NCBI GenBank assembly: GCA_964016885.1
Contig: OZ024741.1
Location: 249,798,001 to 249,862,000, forward strand
DNA from: Eledone cirrhosa
Lineage: Eukaryota
Direction of reading: 5' to 3'
DNA: 64,000 bases
The notes beneath the pieces were generated by a model. The model was given only the letters and a program-made list of their open reading frames with translations. It ran no database searches and was not told the DNA's origin. Position numbers and translations under genes: made by a program. Shown piece by piece: positions 24,601 to 39,499 of the stretch (position 1 is the first letter of the stretch; the number at the start of each line of letters is the position of its first letter).

Positions 24601-25803
24601 CCAGCCGTCCAAGGGGAGATAATTTCCAGCCGTCCAAGGGGAGATAATATCCAGCCGTCCAAGGAGACATATTTTCCAGCCGTCCAAGGATAGGTAATTT
24701 CTAGCCGTCCAAGGGGAGATAAGTTCCAGCCTCCAAGGGGAGATAATTTCCAGCCAGCCAAGGGGAGATAATTTGTAAAAAAATCAGGGGGAGATAATTT
24801 GTAAAAAAAAAATCAGGGGGAGATAATTTGTAAAAAAATCAGGGGGAGATAATTTGTAAAAAAAAAATCAGGGGGAGATAATTTGTAAAAAAAATCAGGG
24901 GGAGATAATTTGTAAAAAAAATCAGGGGTAGATAATTTGTAAAAAAAATCAGGGGGAGATAATTTGTAAAAAAAATCAGGAGATAATTTGTAAAAAAAAT
25001 CAGGGGTAGATAATTTTCAGCCGTCCAAGGGGAGATAATTTCCATCCTTCCAAGGGGAGATAATTTCCAGCCGTCCAAGGGGAGATAATTTCCCGCCAGC
25101 CAAGGAGAGATAACATTTAAAAAAATCAGGCGGAGATAATTTGTAAAAAAATCAGGGGGAGATAATTTGTAAAAAAAAATCAGGGGGAGATAATTTGTAA
25201 AAAAAAATCAGGGGGTGATAATTTGTAAAAAAAAATCAGGGGGAGATAATTTGTAAAATAATCAAGGGGAGATAATTTCCAGCCGTCCAAGGGGAGATAA
25301 TTTTCAGCCGTCCAAGGAGAGGTAATTTCTAGCCGTCCAAGGGGAGATAATTTCCAGCCGTCCAAGGGGAGATAATTTTTAAAAAAAAATCAGGCGGAGA
25401 TAATTTGTAAACAAAAATCAGGGGGAGATAATTTGTAAAAAAAAATCAGGGGGAGATAATTTGTAAAAAAAATCAAGGGGAGATAATTTCCAGCCGTCCA
25501 AGGGGAGGTAATATCTAGCCATCCAAGGGGAGATAATTTCCAGCCGTCCAAGGGGAGATAATTTCCAGCCGTCCAAGGGGAGATAATATCCAGCCGTCCA
25601 AGGAGACATATTTTCCAGCCGTCCAAGGAGACGTAATTTCTAGCCGTCCAAGGGGAGATAAGTTCCAGCCTCCAAGGGGAGATAATTTCCAGCCAGCCAA
25701 GGGGAGATAATTTGTAAAAAAATTAGGGGGAGATAATTTGTAAAAAAAAATCAGGGGGAGATAATTTGTAAAAAAAAATCAGGGGGAGATAATTTGTAAA
25801 AAA
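16975..25803 (+). repeat. Tandem pair of a 4414-4415-bp super-unit (four HOR derivatives each)
   Basis: The marker GGGGCTATAA occurs at 17006, 21421 and 25835. ORF offsets: 17523/21938, 18779/23194, 21309/25723. Shared private variants include GAGCTAAT, TTTCTAAAA, GATAGTTTG, TCAGGAGAT and AAGGATAGG. Confidence 0.94.
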
Positions 25804-26402
25804 TATCAAGGGGAGATAATTTCCAGCCCTCCAAGGGGCTATAATTTCCAGCCGTGCAAGGGGAGATAATTTCCAGCCGTCCAAGGGGAGATAATTTCCA
25901 TCCTTCCAAGGGGAGATAATTTCCAGCCGTCCAAGGGGAGATAATTTCCCGCCAGCCAAGGGAAGATAATTTTTTAAAAAATCAGGCGGAGATTGTAAAA
26001 AAAATCAGGGGGAGATAATTTGTAAAAAAATCAGGGGGAGATAATTTGTAAAAAAAAAATCAGGGGGAGATAATTTGTAAAAAAAAATCAGGGGGAGATA
26101 ATTTGTAAAAAAAATCAGGGGGAGATAATTTGTAAAAAAAATCAGGGGTAGATAATTTGTAAAAAAAATCAGGGGGAGATAATTTGTAAAAAAAATCAGG
26201 GGGAGATAATTTGTAAAAAAAATCAGGGGTAGATAATTTTCAGCCGTCCAAGGGGAGATAATTTCCATCCTTCCAAGGGGAGATAATTTCCAGCCGTCCA
26301 AGGGGAGATAATTTCCCGCCAGCCAAGGAGAGATAACATTTAAAAAAATCAGGCGGAGATAATTTGTAAAAAAATCAGGGCGAGATAATTTGTAAAAAAA
26401 AA

Positions 26403-29400
26403 TCAGGGGGAGATAATTTGTAAAAAAATCAAGGGGAGATAATTTCCAACCGTCCAAGGGGAGATAATTTTCAGCCGTCCAAGGAGGTAATTTCTAGCCG
26501 TCCAAGGGGAGATAATTTCCAGCCGTCCAAGGGGAGATAATTTTTTTAAAAAAATCAGGCGGAGATAATTTGTAAACAAAAATCAGGGGGAGATAATTTG
26601 TAAAAAAAAATCAGGGGGAGATAATTTGTAAAAAAAATCGAGGGGAGATAATTTCCAGCCGTCCAAGGGGAGGTAATATCTAGCCATCCAAAGGGAGATA
26701 ATTTCCAGCCGTCCAAGGGGAGATAATTTCCAGCCGTCCAAGGGGAGATAATATCCAGCCGTCCAAGGAGACATATTTTCCAGCCGTCCAAGGAGAGGTA
26801 ATTTCTAGCCGTCCAAGGGGAGATAAGTTCCAGCCTCCAAGGGGAGATAATTTCCAGCCAGCCAAGGGGAGATAATTTGTAAAAAAATCAGGGGGAGATA
26901 ATTTGTAAAAAAAAAATCAGGGGGAGATAATTTGTAAAAAAATCAGGGGGAGATAATTTGTAAAAAAAAAATCAGGGGGAGATAATTTGTAAAAAAAATC
27001 AGGGGGAGATAATTTGTAGAAAAAATCAGGGGTAGATAATTTGTAAAAAAAATCAGGGGGAGATAATTTGTAAAAAAAATCAGGGGGAGATAATTTGTAA
27101 AAGAAATCAGGGGTAGATAATTTTCAGTCGTCCAAGGGGAGATAATTTCCATCCTTCCAAGGGGAGATAATTTCCAGCCGTCCAAGGGGAGATAATTTCC
27201 CGCCAGCCAAGGAGAGATAACATTTAAAAAAATCAGGCGGAGATAATTTGTAAAAAAAATCAGGGGGAGATAATTTGTAAAAAAATCAGGGGGAGATAAT
27301 TTGTAAAAAAAATCAGGGGTAGATAATTTCCAGCCGTCCAAGGGGAGATAATTTCCATCCTTCCAAGGGGAGATAATTTCCAGCCGTCCAAGGGGAGATA
27401 ATTTCCCGCCAGCCAAGGAGAGATAATATTTAAAAAAATCAGGCGGAGATAATTTGTAAAAAAAATCAGGGGGAGATAATTTGTAAAAAAATCAGGGGGA
27501 GATAATTTGTAAAAAAAAATCAGGGGGAGATAATTTGTAAAAAAAATCAGGGGGAGATAATTTGTAAAAAAAATCAGGGGTAGATAATTTGTAAAAAAAA
27601 ATCAGGGGGAGATAATTTGTAAAAAAAAAATCAGGGGGAGATAATTTGTAAAAAAATCAAGGTGAGATAATTTCCAGCCGTCCAAGGGGAGATAATTTTC
27701 AGCCGTCCAAGGAGAGGTAATTGCTAGCCGTCCAAGGGGAGATAATTTCCAGCCGTCCAAGGGGAGATAATTTTTTTAAAAAAATCAGGCGGAGATAATT
27801 TGTAAACAAAAATCAGGGGGAGATAATTTGTAAAAAAAAATCAGGGGGAGATAATTTGTAAAAAAAAATCAGGGGGAGATAATTTGTAAAAAAAATCAAG
27901 GGGAGATAATTTCCAGCCGTCCAAGGGGAGGTAATATCTAGCCATCCAAGGGGAGATAATTTCCAGCCGTCCAAGGGGAGATAATTTCCAGCCGTCCAAG
28001 GGGAGATAATATCCAGCCGTCCAAGGAGACATATTTTCCAGCCGTCCAAGGAGAGGTAATTTCTAGCCGTCCAAGGGGAGATAAGTTCCAGCCTCCAAGG
28101 GGAGATAATTTCCAGCCAGCCAAGGGGAGATAATTTGTAAAAAAATCAGGGGGAGATAATTTGTAAAAAAAAATCAGGGGGAGATAATTTGTAAAAAAAT
28201 CAGGGGGAGATAATTTGTAAAAAAAAAATCAGGGGGAGATAATTTGTAAAAAAAATCAGGGGGAGATAATTTGTAAAAAAATCAGGGGTAGATAATTTGT
28301 AAAAAAAATCAGGGGGAGATAATTTGTAAAAAAAATCAGGGGGAGATAATTTGTAAAAAAAATCAGGGGTAGATAATTTTCAGCCGTCCAAGGGGAGATA
28401 ATTTCCATCCTTCCAAGGGGAGATAATTTCCAGCCGTCCAAGGGGAGATAATTTCCCGCCAGCCAAGGAGAGATAACATTTAAAAAAATCAGGCGGAGAT
28501 AATTTGTAAAAAAATCAGGGGGAGATAATTTGTAAAAAAAATCAGGGGGAGATAATTTGTAAAAAAAATCAGGGGGAGATAATTTGTAAAAAAAAATCAG
28601 GGGTAGATAATTTGTAAAAAAAAATCAGGGGGAGATAATTTGTAAAAAAAAATCAGGGGGAGATAATTTGTAAAAAAATCAAGGGGAGATAATTTCCAGC
28701 CGTCCAAGGGGAGATAATTTCCAGCCGTCCAAGGGGAGGTAATATCTAGCCATCCAAGGGGAGATAATTTCCAGCCGTCCAAGGGGAGATAATTTCCAGC
28801 CGTCCAAGGGGAGATAATATCCAGCCGTCCAAGGAGACATATTTTCCAGCCGTCCAAGGAGACGTAATTTCTAGCCGTCCAAGGGGAGATAAGTTCCAGC
28901 CTCCAAGGGGAGATAATTTCCAGCCAGCCAAGGGGAGATAATTTGTAAAAAAATCAGGGGAGATAATTTGTAAAAAAAATCAGGGGGAGATAATTTGTAA
29001 AAAAAAATCAGGGGTAGATAATTTGTAAAAAAAATCAGGGGGAGATAATTTGTAAAAAAAAAATCAGGGGGAGATAATTTGTAAAAAAATCAAGGGGAGA
29101 TAATTTCCAACCGTCCAAGGGGAGATAATTTTCAGCCGTCCAAGGAGGTAATTTCTAGCCGTCCAAGGGGAGATAATTTCCAGCCGTCCAAGGGGAGATA
29201 ATTTTTTTAAAAAAATCAGGCGGAGATAATTTGTAAACAAAAATCAGGGGGAGATAATTTGTAAAAAAAAATCAGGGGGAGATAATTTGTAAAAAAAATC
29301 AGGGGGAGATAATTTGTAAAAAAAATCAAGGGGAGATAATTTCCAGCCGTCCAAGGGGAGGTAATATCTAGCCATCCAAAGGGAGATAATTTCCAGCCGT

Positions 29401-32400
29401 CCAAGGGGAGATAATTTCCAGCCGTCCAAGGGGAGATAATATCCAGCCGTCCAAGGAGACATATTTTCCAGCCGTCCAAGGAGAGGTAATTTCTAGCCGT
29501 CCAAGGGGAGATAAGTTCCAGCCTCCAAGGGGAGATAATTTCCAGCCAGCCAAGGGGAGATAATTTGTAAAAAAATCAGGGGGAGATAATTTGTAAAAAA
29601 AAAATCAGGGGGAGATAATTTGTAAAAAAATCAGGGGGAGATAATTTGTAAAAAAAAAATCAGGGGGAGATAATTTGTAAAAAAAAATCAGGGGGAGATA
29701 ATTTGTAGAAAAAATCAGGGGTAGATAATTTGTAAAAAAAATCAGGGGGAGATAATTTGTAAAAAAAATCAGGGGGAGATAATTTGTAAAAAAAATCAGG
29801 GGTAGATAATTTTCAGCCGTCCAAGGGGAGATAATTTCCATCCTTCCAAGGGGAGATAATTTCCAGCCGTCCAAGGGGAGATAATTTCCCGCCAGCCAAG
29901 GAGAGATAACATTTAAAAAAATCAGGCGGAGATAATTTGTAAAAAAAATCAGGGGGAGATAATTTGTAAAAAAATCAGGGGGAGATAATTTGTAAAAAAA
30001 AATCAGGGGTAGATAATTTCCAGCCGTCCAAGGGGAGATAATTTCCATCCTTCCAAGGGGAGATAATTTCCAGCCGTCCAAGGGGAGATAATTTCCCGCC
30101 AGCCAAGGAGAGATAATATTTAAAAAAATCAGGCGGAGATAATTTGTAAAAAAAATCAGGGGGAGATAATTTGTAAAAAAATCAGGGGGAGATAATTTGT
30201 AAAAAAAAATCAGGGGAGATAATTTGTAAAAAAAATCAGGGGGAGATAATTTGTAAAAAAAAATCAGGGGTAGATAATTTGTAAAAAAAAATCAGGGGGA
30301 GATAATTTGTAAAAAAAAAATCAGGGGGAGATAATTTGTAAAAAAATCAAGGGGAGATAATTTCCAGCCGTCCAAGGGGAGATAATTTTCAGCCGTCCAA
30401 GGAGGTAATTTCTAGCCGTCCAAGGGGAGATAATTTCCAGCCGTCCAAGGGGAGATAATTTTTTTAAAAAAATCAGGCGGAGATAATTTGTAAACAAAAA
30501 TCAGGGGGAGATAATTTGTAAAAAAAAATCAGGGGGAGATAATTTGTAAAAAAAAATCAGGGGGAGATAATTTGTAAAAAAAATCAAGGGGAGATAATTT
30601 CCAGCCGTCCAAGGGGAGGTAATATCTAGCCATCCAAGGGGAGATAATTTCCAGCCGTCCAAGGGGAGATAATTTCCAGCCGTCAAAGGGGAGATAATAT
30701 CCAGCCGTCCAAGGAGACATATTTTCCAGCCGTCCAAGGAGAGGTAATTTCTAGCCGTCCAAGGGGAGATAAGTTCCAGCCTCCAAGGGGAGATAATTTC
30801 CAGCCAGCCAAGGGGAGATAATTTGTAAAAAAATCAGGGGGAGATAATTTGTAAAAAAAAATCAGGGGGAGATAATTTGTAAAAAAATCAGGGGGAGATA
30901 ATTTGTAAAAAAAAAATCAGGGGGAGATAATTTGTAAAAAAAATCAGGGGGAGATAATTTGTAGAAAAAATCAGGGGTAGATAATTTGTAAAAAAAATCA
31001 GGGGGAGATAATTTGTAAAAAAAATCAGGGGGAGATAATTTGTAAAAAAAATCAGGGGTAGATAATTTTCAGCCGTCCAAGGGGAGATAATTTCCATCCT
31101 TCCAAGGGGAGATAATTTCCAGCCGTCCAAGGGGAGATAATTTCCCGCCAGCCAAGGAGAGATAACATTTAAAAAAATCAGGCGGAGATAATTTGTAAAA
31201 AAAATCAGGGGGAGATAATTTGTAAAAAAATCAGGGGGAGATAATTTGTAAAAAAAATCAGGGGTAGATAATTTCCAGCCGTCCAAGGGGAGATAATTTC
31301 CATCCTTCCAAGGGGAGATAATTTCCAGCCGTCCAAGGGGAGATAATTTCCCGCCAGCCAAGGAGAGATAATATTTAAAAAAATCAGGCGGAGATAATTT
31401 GTAAAAAAAATCAGGGGGAGATAATTTGTAAACAAAAATCAGGGGGAGATAATTTGTAAAAAAAATCAGGCGGAGATAATTTGTAAACAAAAATCAGGGG
31501 GAGATAATTTGTAAAAAAAAATCAGGGGGAGATAATTTGTAAAAAAAAATCAGGGGGAGATAATTTGTAAAAAAAAATCAAGGGGAGATAATTTCCAGCC
31601 GTCCAAGGGGAGGTAATATCTAGCCATCCAAGGGGAGATAATTTCCAGCCGTCCAAGGGGAGATAATTTCCAGCCGTCCAAGGGGAGATAATATCCAGCC
31701 GTCCAAGGAGACATATTTTCCAGCCGTCCAAGGAGAGGTAATTTCTAGCCGTCCAAGGGGAGATAAGTTCCTGCCTCCAAGGGGAGATAATTTCCAGCCA
31801 GCCAAGGGGAGATAATTTGTAAAAAAATCAGGGGGAGATAATTTGTAAAAAAAAATCAGGGGGAGATAATTTGTAAAAAAATCAGGGTGAGATAATTTGT
31901 AAAAAAAAAATCAGGGGGAGATAATTTGTAAAAAAAATCAGGGGGAGATAATTTGTAGAAAAAATCAGGGGTAGATAATTTGTAAAAAAAATCAGGGGGA
32001 GATAATTTATAAAAAAAATCAGGGGGAGATAATTTGTAAAAAAAATCAGGGGTAGATAATTTTCAGCCGTCCAAGGGGAGATAATTTCCATCCTTCCAAG
32101 GGGAGATAATTTCCAGCCGTCCAAGGGGAGATAATTTCCCGCCAGCCAAGGAGAGATAACATTTAAAAAAATCAGGCGGAGATAATTTGTAAAAAAAATC
32201 AGGGGGAGATAATTTGTAAAAAAATCAGGGGGAGATAATTTGTAAAAAAAATCAGGGGTAGATAATTTCCAGCCGTCCAAGGGGAGATAATTTCCATCCT
32301 TCCAAGGGGAGATAATTTCCAGCCGTCCAAGGGGAGGTAATATCTAGCCATCCAAGGGGAGATAATTTCCAGCCGTCCAAGGGGAGATAATTTCCAGCCG

Positions 32401-35400
32401 TCCAAGGGGAGATAATATCCAGCCGTCCAAGGAGACATATTTTCCAGCCGTCCAAGGAGACGTAATTTCTAGCCGTCCAAGGGGAGATAAGTTCCAGCCT
32501 CCAAGGGGAGATAATTTCCAGCCAGCCAAGGGGAGATAATTTGTAAAAAAATTAGGGGGAGATAATTTGTAAATAAAAATTAGGGGGAGATAATTTGTAA
32601 AAAAAAATCAGGGGGAGATAATTTGTAAAAAAAATCAAGGGGAGATAATTTCCAGCCGTCCAAGGGGAGATAATTTTCAGCCGTCCAAGGAGAGGTAAAT
32701 TCTAGCCGTCCAAGGAGATATAATTTCCAGCCGTCCAAGGGGAGATAATTTCCAGCCGTCCAAGGGGAGATAATTTAAAAAAAAAAATCAGGCGGAGATA
32801 ATTTGTAAACAAAAATCAGGGGGAGATAATTTTTAAAAAAAAATCAGGGGGAGATAATTTGTAAAAAAAATCAGGGGGAGATAATTTGTAAAAAAATTCA
32901 AGGGGAGATAATTTCCAGCCGTCCAAGGGGAGGTAATATCTAGCCATCCAAGGGGAGATAATTTCCAGCCGTCCAAGGGGAGATAATATCCAGCCGTCCA
33001 AGGGGAGATAATATCCAGCCGTCCAAGGAGACATATTTTCCAGCCGTCCAAGGAGAGGTAATTTCTAGCCGTCCAAGGGGAGATAAGTTCCAGCCTCCAA
33101 GGGGAGATAATTTCCAGCTAGCCAAGGGGAGATAATTTGTAAAAAAATCAGGGGGGAGATAATTTGTAAAAAAAATCAGGGGGAGATAATTTGAAAAAAA
33201 TATCAAGGGGAGATAATTTCCAGCCCTCCAAGGGGCTATAATTTCCAGCCGTGCAAGGGGAGATAATTTCCAGCCGTCCAAGGGGAGATAATTTCCATCC
33301 TTCCAAGGGGAGATAATTTCCAGCCGTCCAAGGGGAGATAATTTCCCGCCAGCCAAGGGAAGATAATTTTTTAAAAAATCAGGCGGAGATTGTAAAAAAA
33401 ATCAGGGGGAGATAATTTGTAAAAAAATCAGGGGGAGATAATTTGTAAAAAAAAAATCAGGGGGAGATAATTTGTAAAAAAAAATCAGGGGGAGCTAATT
33501 TGTAAAAAAAATCAGGGGGAGATAATTTGTAAAAAAAAATCAGGGGGAGATAATTTGTAAAAAAAAAATCAGGGGGAGATAATTTGTAAAAAAATCAAGG
33601 GGAGATAATTTCCAGCCGTCCAAGGGGAGATAATTTTCAGCCGTCCAAGGAGGTAATTTCTAGCCGTCCAAGGGGAGATAATTTCCAGCCGTCCAAGGGG
33701 AGATAATTTTTTTTAAAAAATCAGGCGGAGATAATTTGTAAACAAAAATCAGGGGGAGATAATTTGTAAAAAAAAATCAGGGGGAGATAATTTGTAAAAA
33801 AAAATCAGGGGTAGATAATTTGTAAAAAAAATCAAGGGGAGATAATTTCCAGCCGTCCAAGGGGAGGTAATATCTAGCCATCCAAGGGGAGATAATTTCC
33901 AGCCGTCCAAGGGGAGATAATTTCCAGCCGTCCAAGGGGAGATAATATCCAGCCGTCCAAGGAGACATATTTTCCAGCCGTCCAAGGAGAGGTAATTTCT
34001 AGCCGTCCAAGGGGAGATAAGTTCCAGCCTCCAAGGGGAGATAATTTCCAGCCAGCCAAGGGGAGATAATTTGTAAAAAAATCAGGGGGAGATAATTTGT
34101 AAAAAAAATCAGGGGGAGATAATTTGTAAAAAAATCAGGGGGAGATAATTTCTAAAAAAAAAATCAGGGGGAGATAATTTGTAAAAAAAATCAGGGGGAG
34201 ATAATTTGTAGAAAAAATCAGGGGTAGATAATTTGTAAAAAAAATCAGGGGGAGATAATTTGTAAAAAAAATCAGGGGGAGATAATTTGTAAAAAAAATC
34301 AGGGGTAGATAATTTTCAGCCGTCCAAGGGGAGATAATTTCCATCCTTCCAAGGGGAGATAATTTCCAGCCGTCCAAGGGGAGATAATTTCCCGCCAGCC
34401 AAGGAGAGATAACATTTAAAAAAATCAGGCGGAGATAATTTGTAAAAAAAATCAGGGGGAGATAATTTATAAAAAAATCAGGGGGAGATAATTTGTAAAA
34501 AAAATCAGGGGTAGATAATTTCCAGCCGTCCAAGGGGAGATAATTTCCATCCTTCCAAGGGGAGATAATTTCCAGCCGTCCAAGGGGAGATAATTTCCCG
34601 CCAGCCAAGGAGAGATAATATTTAAAAAAATCAGGCGGAGATAATTTGTAAAAAAAATCAGGGGGAGATAATTTGTAAAAAAATCAGGGGGAGATAATTT
34701 GTAAAAAAAAATCAGGGGGAGATAATTTGTAAAAAAAATCAGGGGGAGATAATTTGTAAAAAAAATCAGGGGTAGATAATTTGTAAAAAAAAATCAGGGG
34801 GAGATAATTTGTAAAAAAAAAATCAGGGGGAGATAATTTGTAAAAAAATCAAGGGGAGATAATTTCCAGCCGTCCAAGGGGAGATAATTTTCAGCCGTCC
34901 AAGGAGAGGTAATTTCTAGCCGTCCAAGGGGAGATAATTTCCAGCCGTCCAAGGGGAGATAATTTTTTTAAAAAAATCAGGCGGAGATAATTTGTAAACA
35001 AAAATCAGGGGGAGATAGTTTGTAAAAAAAAATCAGGGGGAGATAATTTGTTAAAAAAAATCAGGGGGAGATAATTTGTAAAAAAAATCAAGGGGAGATA
35101 ATTTCCAGCCGTCCAAGGGGAGGTAATATCTAGCCATCCAAGGGGAGATAATTTCCAGCCGTCCAAGGGGAGATAATTTCCAGCCGTCCAAGGGGAGATA
35201 ATATCCAGCCGTCCAAGGAGACATATTTTCCAGCCGTCCAAGGAGAGGTAATTTCTAGCCGTCCAAGGGGAGATAAGTTCCTGCCTCCAAGGGGAGATAA
35301 TTTCCAGCCAGCCAAGGGGAGATAATTTGTAAAAAAATCAGGGGGAGATAATTTGTAAAAAAAAAATCAGGGGGAGATAATTTGTAAAAAAATCAGGGGG

Positions 35401-37905
35401 AGATAATTTGTAAAAAAAAAATCAGGGGGAGATAATTTGTAAAAAAAATCAGGGGGAGATAATTTGTAGAAAAAATCAGGGGTAGATAATTTGTAAAAAA
35501 AATCAGGGGGAGATAATTTGTAAAAAAAATCAGGGGGAGATAATTTGTAAAAAAAATCAGGGGTAGATAATTTTCAGCCGTCCAAGGGGAGATAATTTCC
35601 ATCCTTCCAAGGGGAGATAATTTCCAGCCGTCCAAGGGGAGATAATTTCCCGCCAGCCAAGGAGAGATAACATTTAAAAAAATCAGGCGGAGATAATTTG
35701 TAAATAAAATCAGGGGGAGATAATTTGTAAAAAAATCAGGGGGAGATAATTTGTAAAAAAAATCAGGGGTAGATAATTTCCAGCCGTCCAAGGGGAGATA
35801 ATTTCCATCCTTCCAAGGGGAGATAATTTCCAGCCGTCCAAGGGGAGATAATTTCCCGCCAGCCAAGGAGAGATAATATTTAAAAAAATCAGGCGGAGAT
35901 AATTTGTAAAAAAAATCAGGGGGAGATAATTTGTAAAAAAATCAGGGGGAGATAATTTGTAAAAAAAAATCAGGGGTAGGTAATTTGTAAAAAAAATCAG
36001 GGGGAGATAATTTGTAAAAAAAATCAGGGGTAGATAATTTGTAAAAAAAAATCAGGGGGAGATAATTTGTAAAAAAAAAATCAGGGGGAGATAATTTGTA
36101 AAAAAATCAAGGTGAGATAATTTCCAGCCGTCCAAGGGGAGATAATTTTCAGCCTTCCAAGGAGAGGTAATTTCTAGCCGTCCAAGGGGAGATAATTTCC
36201 AGCCGTCCAAGGGGAGATAATTTTTTAAAAAAATCAGGCGGAGATAATTTGTAAACAAAAATCAGGGGGAGATAATTTGTAAAAAAAAATCAGGGGGAGA
36301 TAATTTGTAAAAAAAAATCAGGGGGAGATAATTTGTAAAAAAAATCAAGGGGAGATAATTTCCAGCCGTCCAAGGGGAGGTAATATCTAGCCATCCAAGG
36401 GGAGATAATTTCCAGCCGTCCAAGGGGAGATAATTTCCAGCCGTCCAAGGGGAGATAATATCCAGCCGTCCAAGGAGACATATTTTCCAGCCGTCCAAGG
36501 ATAGGTAATTTCTAGCCGTCCAAGGGGAGATAAGTTCCAGCCTCCAAGGGGAGATAATTTCCAGCCAGCCAAGGGGAGATAATTTGTAAAAAAATCAGGG
36601 GGAGATAATTTGTAAAAAAAAAATCAGGGGGAGATAATTTGTAAAAAAATCAGGGGGAGATAATTTGTAAAAAAAAAATCAGGGGGAGATAATTTGTAAA
36701 AAAAATCAGGGGGAGATAATTTGTAAAAAAAATCAGGGGTAGATAATTTGTAAAAAAAATCAGGGGGAGATAATTTGTAAAAAAAATCAGGAGATAATTT
36801 GTAAAAAAAATCAGGGGTAGATAATTTTCAGCCGTCCAAGGGGAGATAATTTCCATCCTTCCAAGGGGAGATAATTTCCAGCCGTCCAAGGGGAGATAAT
36901 TTCCCGCCAGCCAAGGAGAGATAACATTTAAAAAAATCAGGCGGAGATAATTTGTAAAAAAATCAGGGGGAGATAATTTGTAAAAAAAAATCAGGGGGAG
37001 ATAATTTGTAAAAAAAAATCAGGGGGTGATAATTTGTAAAAAAAAATCAGGGGGAGATAATTTGTAAAATAATCAAGGGGAGATAATTTCCAGCCGTCCA
37101 AGGGGAGATAATTTTCAGCCGTCCAAGGAGAGGTAATTTCTAGCCGTCCAAGGGGAGATAATTTCCAGCCGTCCAAGGGGAGATAATTTTTAAAAAAAAA
37201 TCAGGCGGAGATAATTTGTAAACAAAAATCAGGGGGAGATAATTTGTAAAAAAAAATCAGGGGGAGATAATTTGTAAAAAAAATCAAGGGGAGATAATTT
37301 CCAGCCGTCCAAGGGGAGGTAATATCTAGCCATCCAAGGGGAGATAATTTCCAGCCGTCCAAGGGGAGATAATTTCCAGCCGTCCAAGGGGAGATAATAT
37401 CCAGCCGTCCAAGGAGACATATTTTCCAGCCGTCCAAGGAGACGTAATTTCTAGCCGTCCAAGGGGAGATAAGTTCCAGCCTCCAAGGGGAGATAATTTC
37501 CAGCCAGCCAAGGGGAGATAATTTGTAAAAAAATTAGGGGGAGATAATTTGTAAAAAAAAATCAGGGGGAGATAATTTGTAAAAAAAAATCAGGGGGAGA
37601 TAATTTGTAAAAAATATCAAGGGGAGATAATTTCCAGCCCTCCAAGGGGCTATAATTTCCAGCCGTGCAAGGGGAGATAATTTCCAGCCGTCCAAGGGGA
37701 GATAATTTCCATCCTTCCAAGGGGAGATAATTTCCAGCCGTCCAAGGGGAGATAATTTCCCGCCAGCCAAGGGAAGATAATTTTTTAAAAAATCAGGCGG
37801 AGATTGTAAAAAAAATCAGGGGGAGATAATTTGTAAAAAAATCAGGGGGAGATAATTTGTAAAAAAAAAATCAGGGGGAGATAATTTGTAAAAAAAAATC
37901 AGGGG
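26403..37905 (+). repeat. ~11.5-kb duplicated block, copy 2
   Basis: Collinear with 10175-21680. The visible differences are mainly single-base A-tract length changes plus a few substitutions. Confidence 0.93.
33201..37614 (+). repeat. Further copy of the 4.4-kb super-unit
   Basis: GGGGCTATAA at 33232 and 37646 (4414 apart), with the same series of private variants. Confidence 0.92.
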
Positions 37906-39499
37906 GAGATAATTTGTAAAAAAAATCAGGGGGAGATAATTTGTAAAAAAAATCAGGGGTAGATAATTTGTAAAAAAAATCAGGGGGAGATAATTTGTAA
38001 AAAAAATCAGGGGGAGATAATTTGTAAAAAAAATCAGGGGTAGATAATTTTCAGCCGTCCAAGGGGAGATAATTTCCATCCTTCCAAGGGGAGATAATTT
38101 CCAGCCGTCCAAGGGGAGATAATTTCCCGCCAGCCAAGGAGAGATAACATTTAAAAAAATCAGGCGGAGATAATTTGTAAAAAAATCAGGGCGAGATAAT
38201 TTGTAAAAAAAAATCAGGGGTAGATAATTTCCAGCCGTCCAAGGGGAGATAATTTCCATCCTTCCAAGGGGAGATAATTTCCAGCCGTCCAAGGGGAGAT
38301 AATTTCCCGCCAGCCAAGGAGAGATAATATTTAAAAAAATCAGGCGGAGATAATTTGTAAAAAAAATCAGGGGGAGATAATTTGTAAAAAAATCAGGGGG
38401 AGATAATTTGTAAAAAAAAATCAGGGGGAGATAATTTGTAAAAAAAAATCAGGGGGAGATAATTTGTAAAAAAAAATCAGGGGTAGATAATTTGTAAAAA
38501 AAAATCAGGGTGAGATAATTTGTAAAAGAAAAATCAGGGGGAGATAATTTGTAAAAAAATCAAGGGGAGATAATTTCCAGCCGTCCAAGGGGAGATAATT
38601 TTCAGCCGTCCAAGGAGAGGTAATTTCTAGCCGTCCAAGGGGAGATAATTTCCTGCCGTCCAAGGGGAGATAATTTTTTTTAAAAAATCAGGCGGAGATA
38701 ATTTGTAAACAAAAATCAGGGGGAGATAATTTGTAAAAAAAAATCAGGGGGAGATAATTTGTAAAAAAAAATCAGGGGGAGATAATTTGTAAAAAAAATC
38801 AAGGGGAGATAATTTGTCAAAAAAAATCAGGGGTAGATAATTTGTAAAAAAAAATCAGGGGGAGATAATTTGTAAAAAAAAAATCAGGGGGAGATAATTT
38901 GTAAAAAAATCAAGGGGAGATAATTTCCAGCCGTCCAAGGGGAGATAATTTTCAGCCGTCCAAGGAGAGGTAATTTCTAGCCGTCCAAGGGGAGATAATT
39001 TCCAGCCAGCCAAGGGGAGATAATTTGTAAAAAAATCAGGGGTAGATAATTTGTAAAAAAAAATCAGGGGGAGATAATTTGTAAAAAAAATCAGGGGGAG
39101 ATAATTTGTAAAAAAAATCAGGGGTAGATAATTTCCAGCCGTCCAAGGGGAGATAATTTCCATCCTTCCAAGGGGAGATAATTTCCAGCCGTCCAAGGGG
39201 AGATAATTTCCCGCCAGCCAAGGAGAGATAACATTTGAAAAAATCAGGCGGAGATAATTTGTAAAAAAAATCAGGGGGAGATAATTTGTAAAAAAATCAG
39301 GGGGAGATAATTTGTAAAAAAAATCAGGGGTAGATAATTTCCAGCCGTCCAAGGGGAGATAATTTCCATCCTTCCAAGGGGAGATAATTTCCAGCCGTCC
39401 AAGGGGAGATAATTTCCCGCCAGCCAAGTAGAGATAATATTTAAAAAAATCAGGCGGAGATAATTTGTAAAAAAAATCAGGGGGAGATAATTTGTAAAA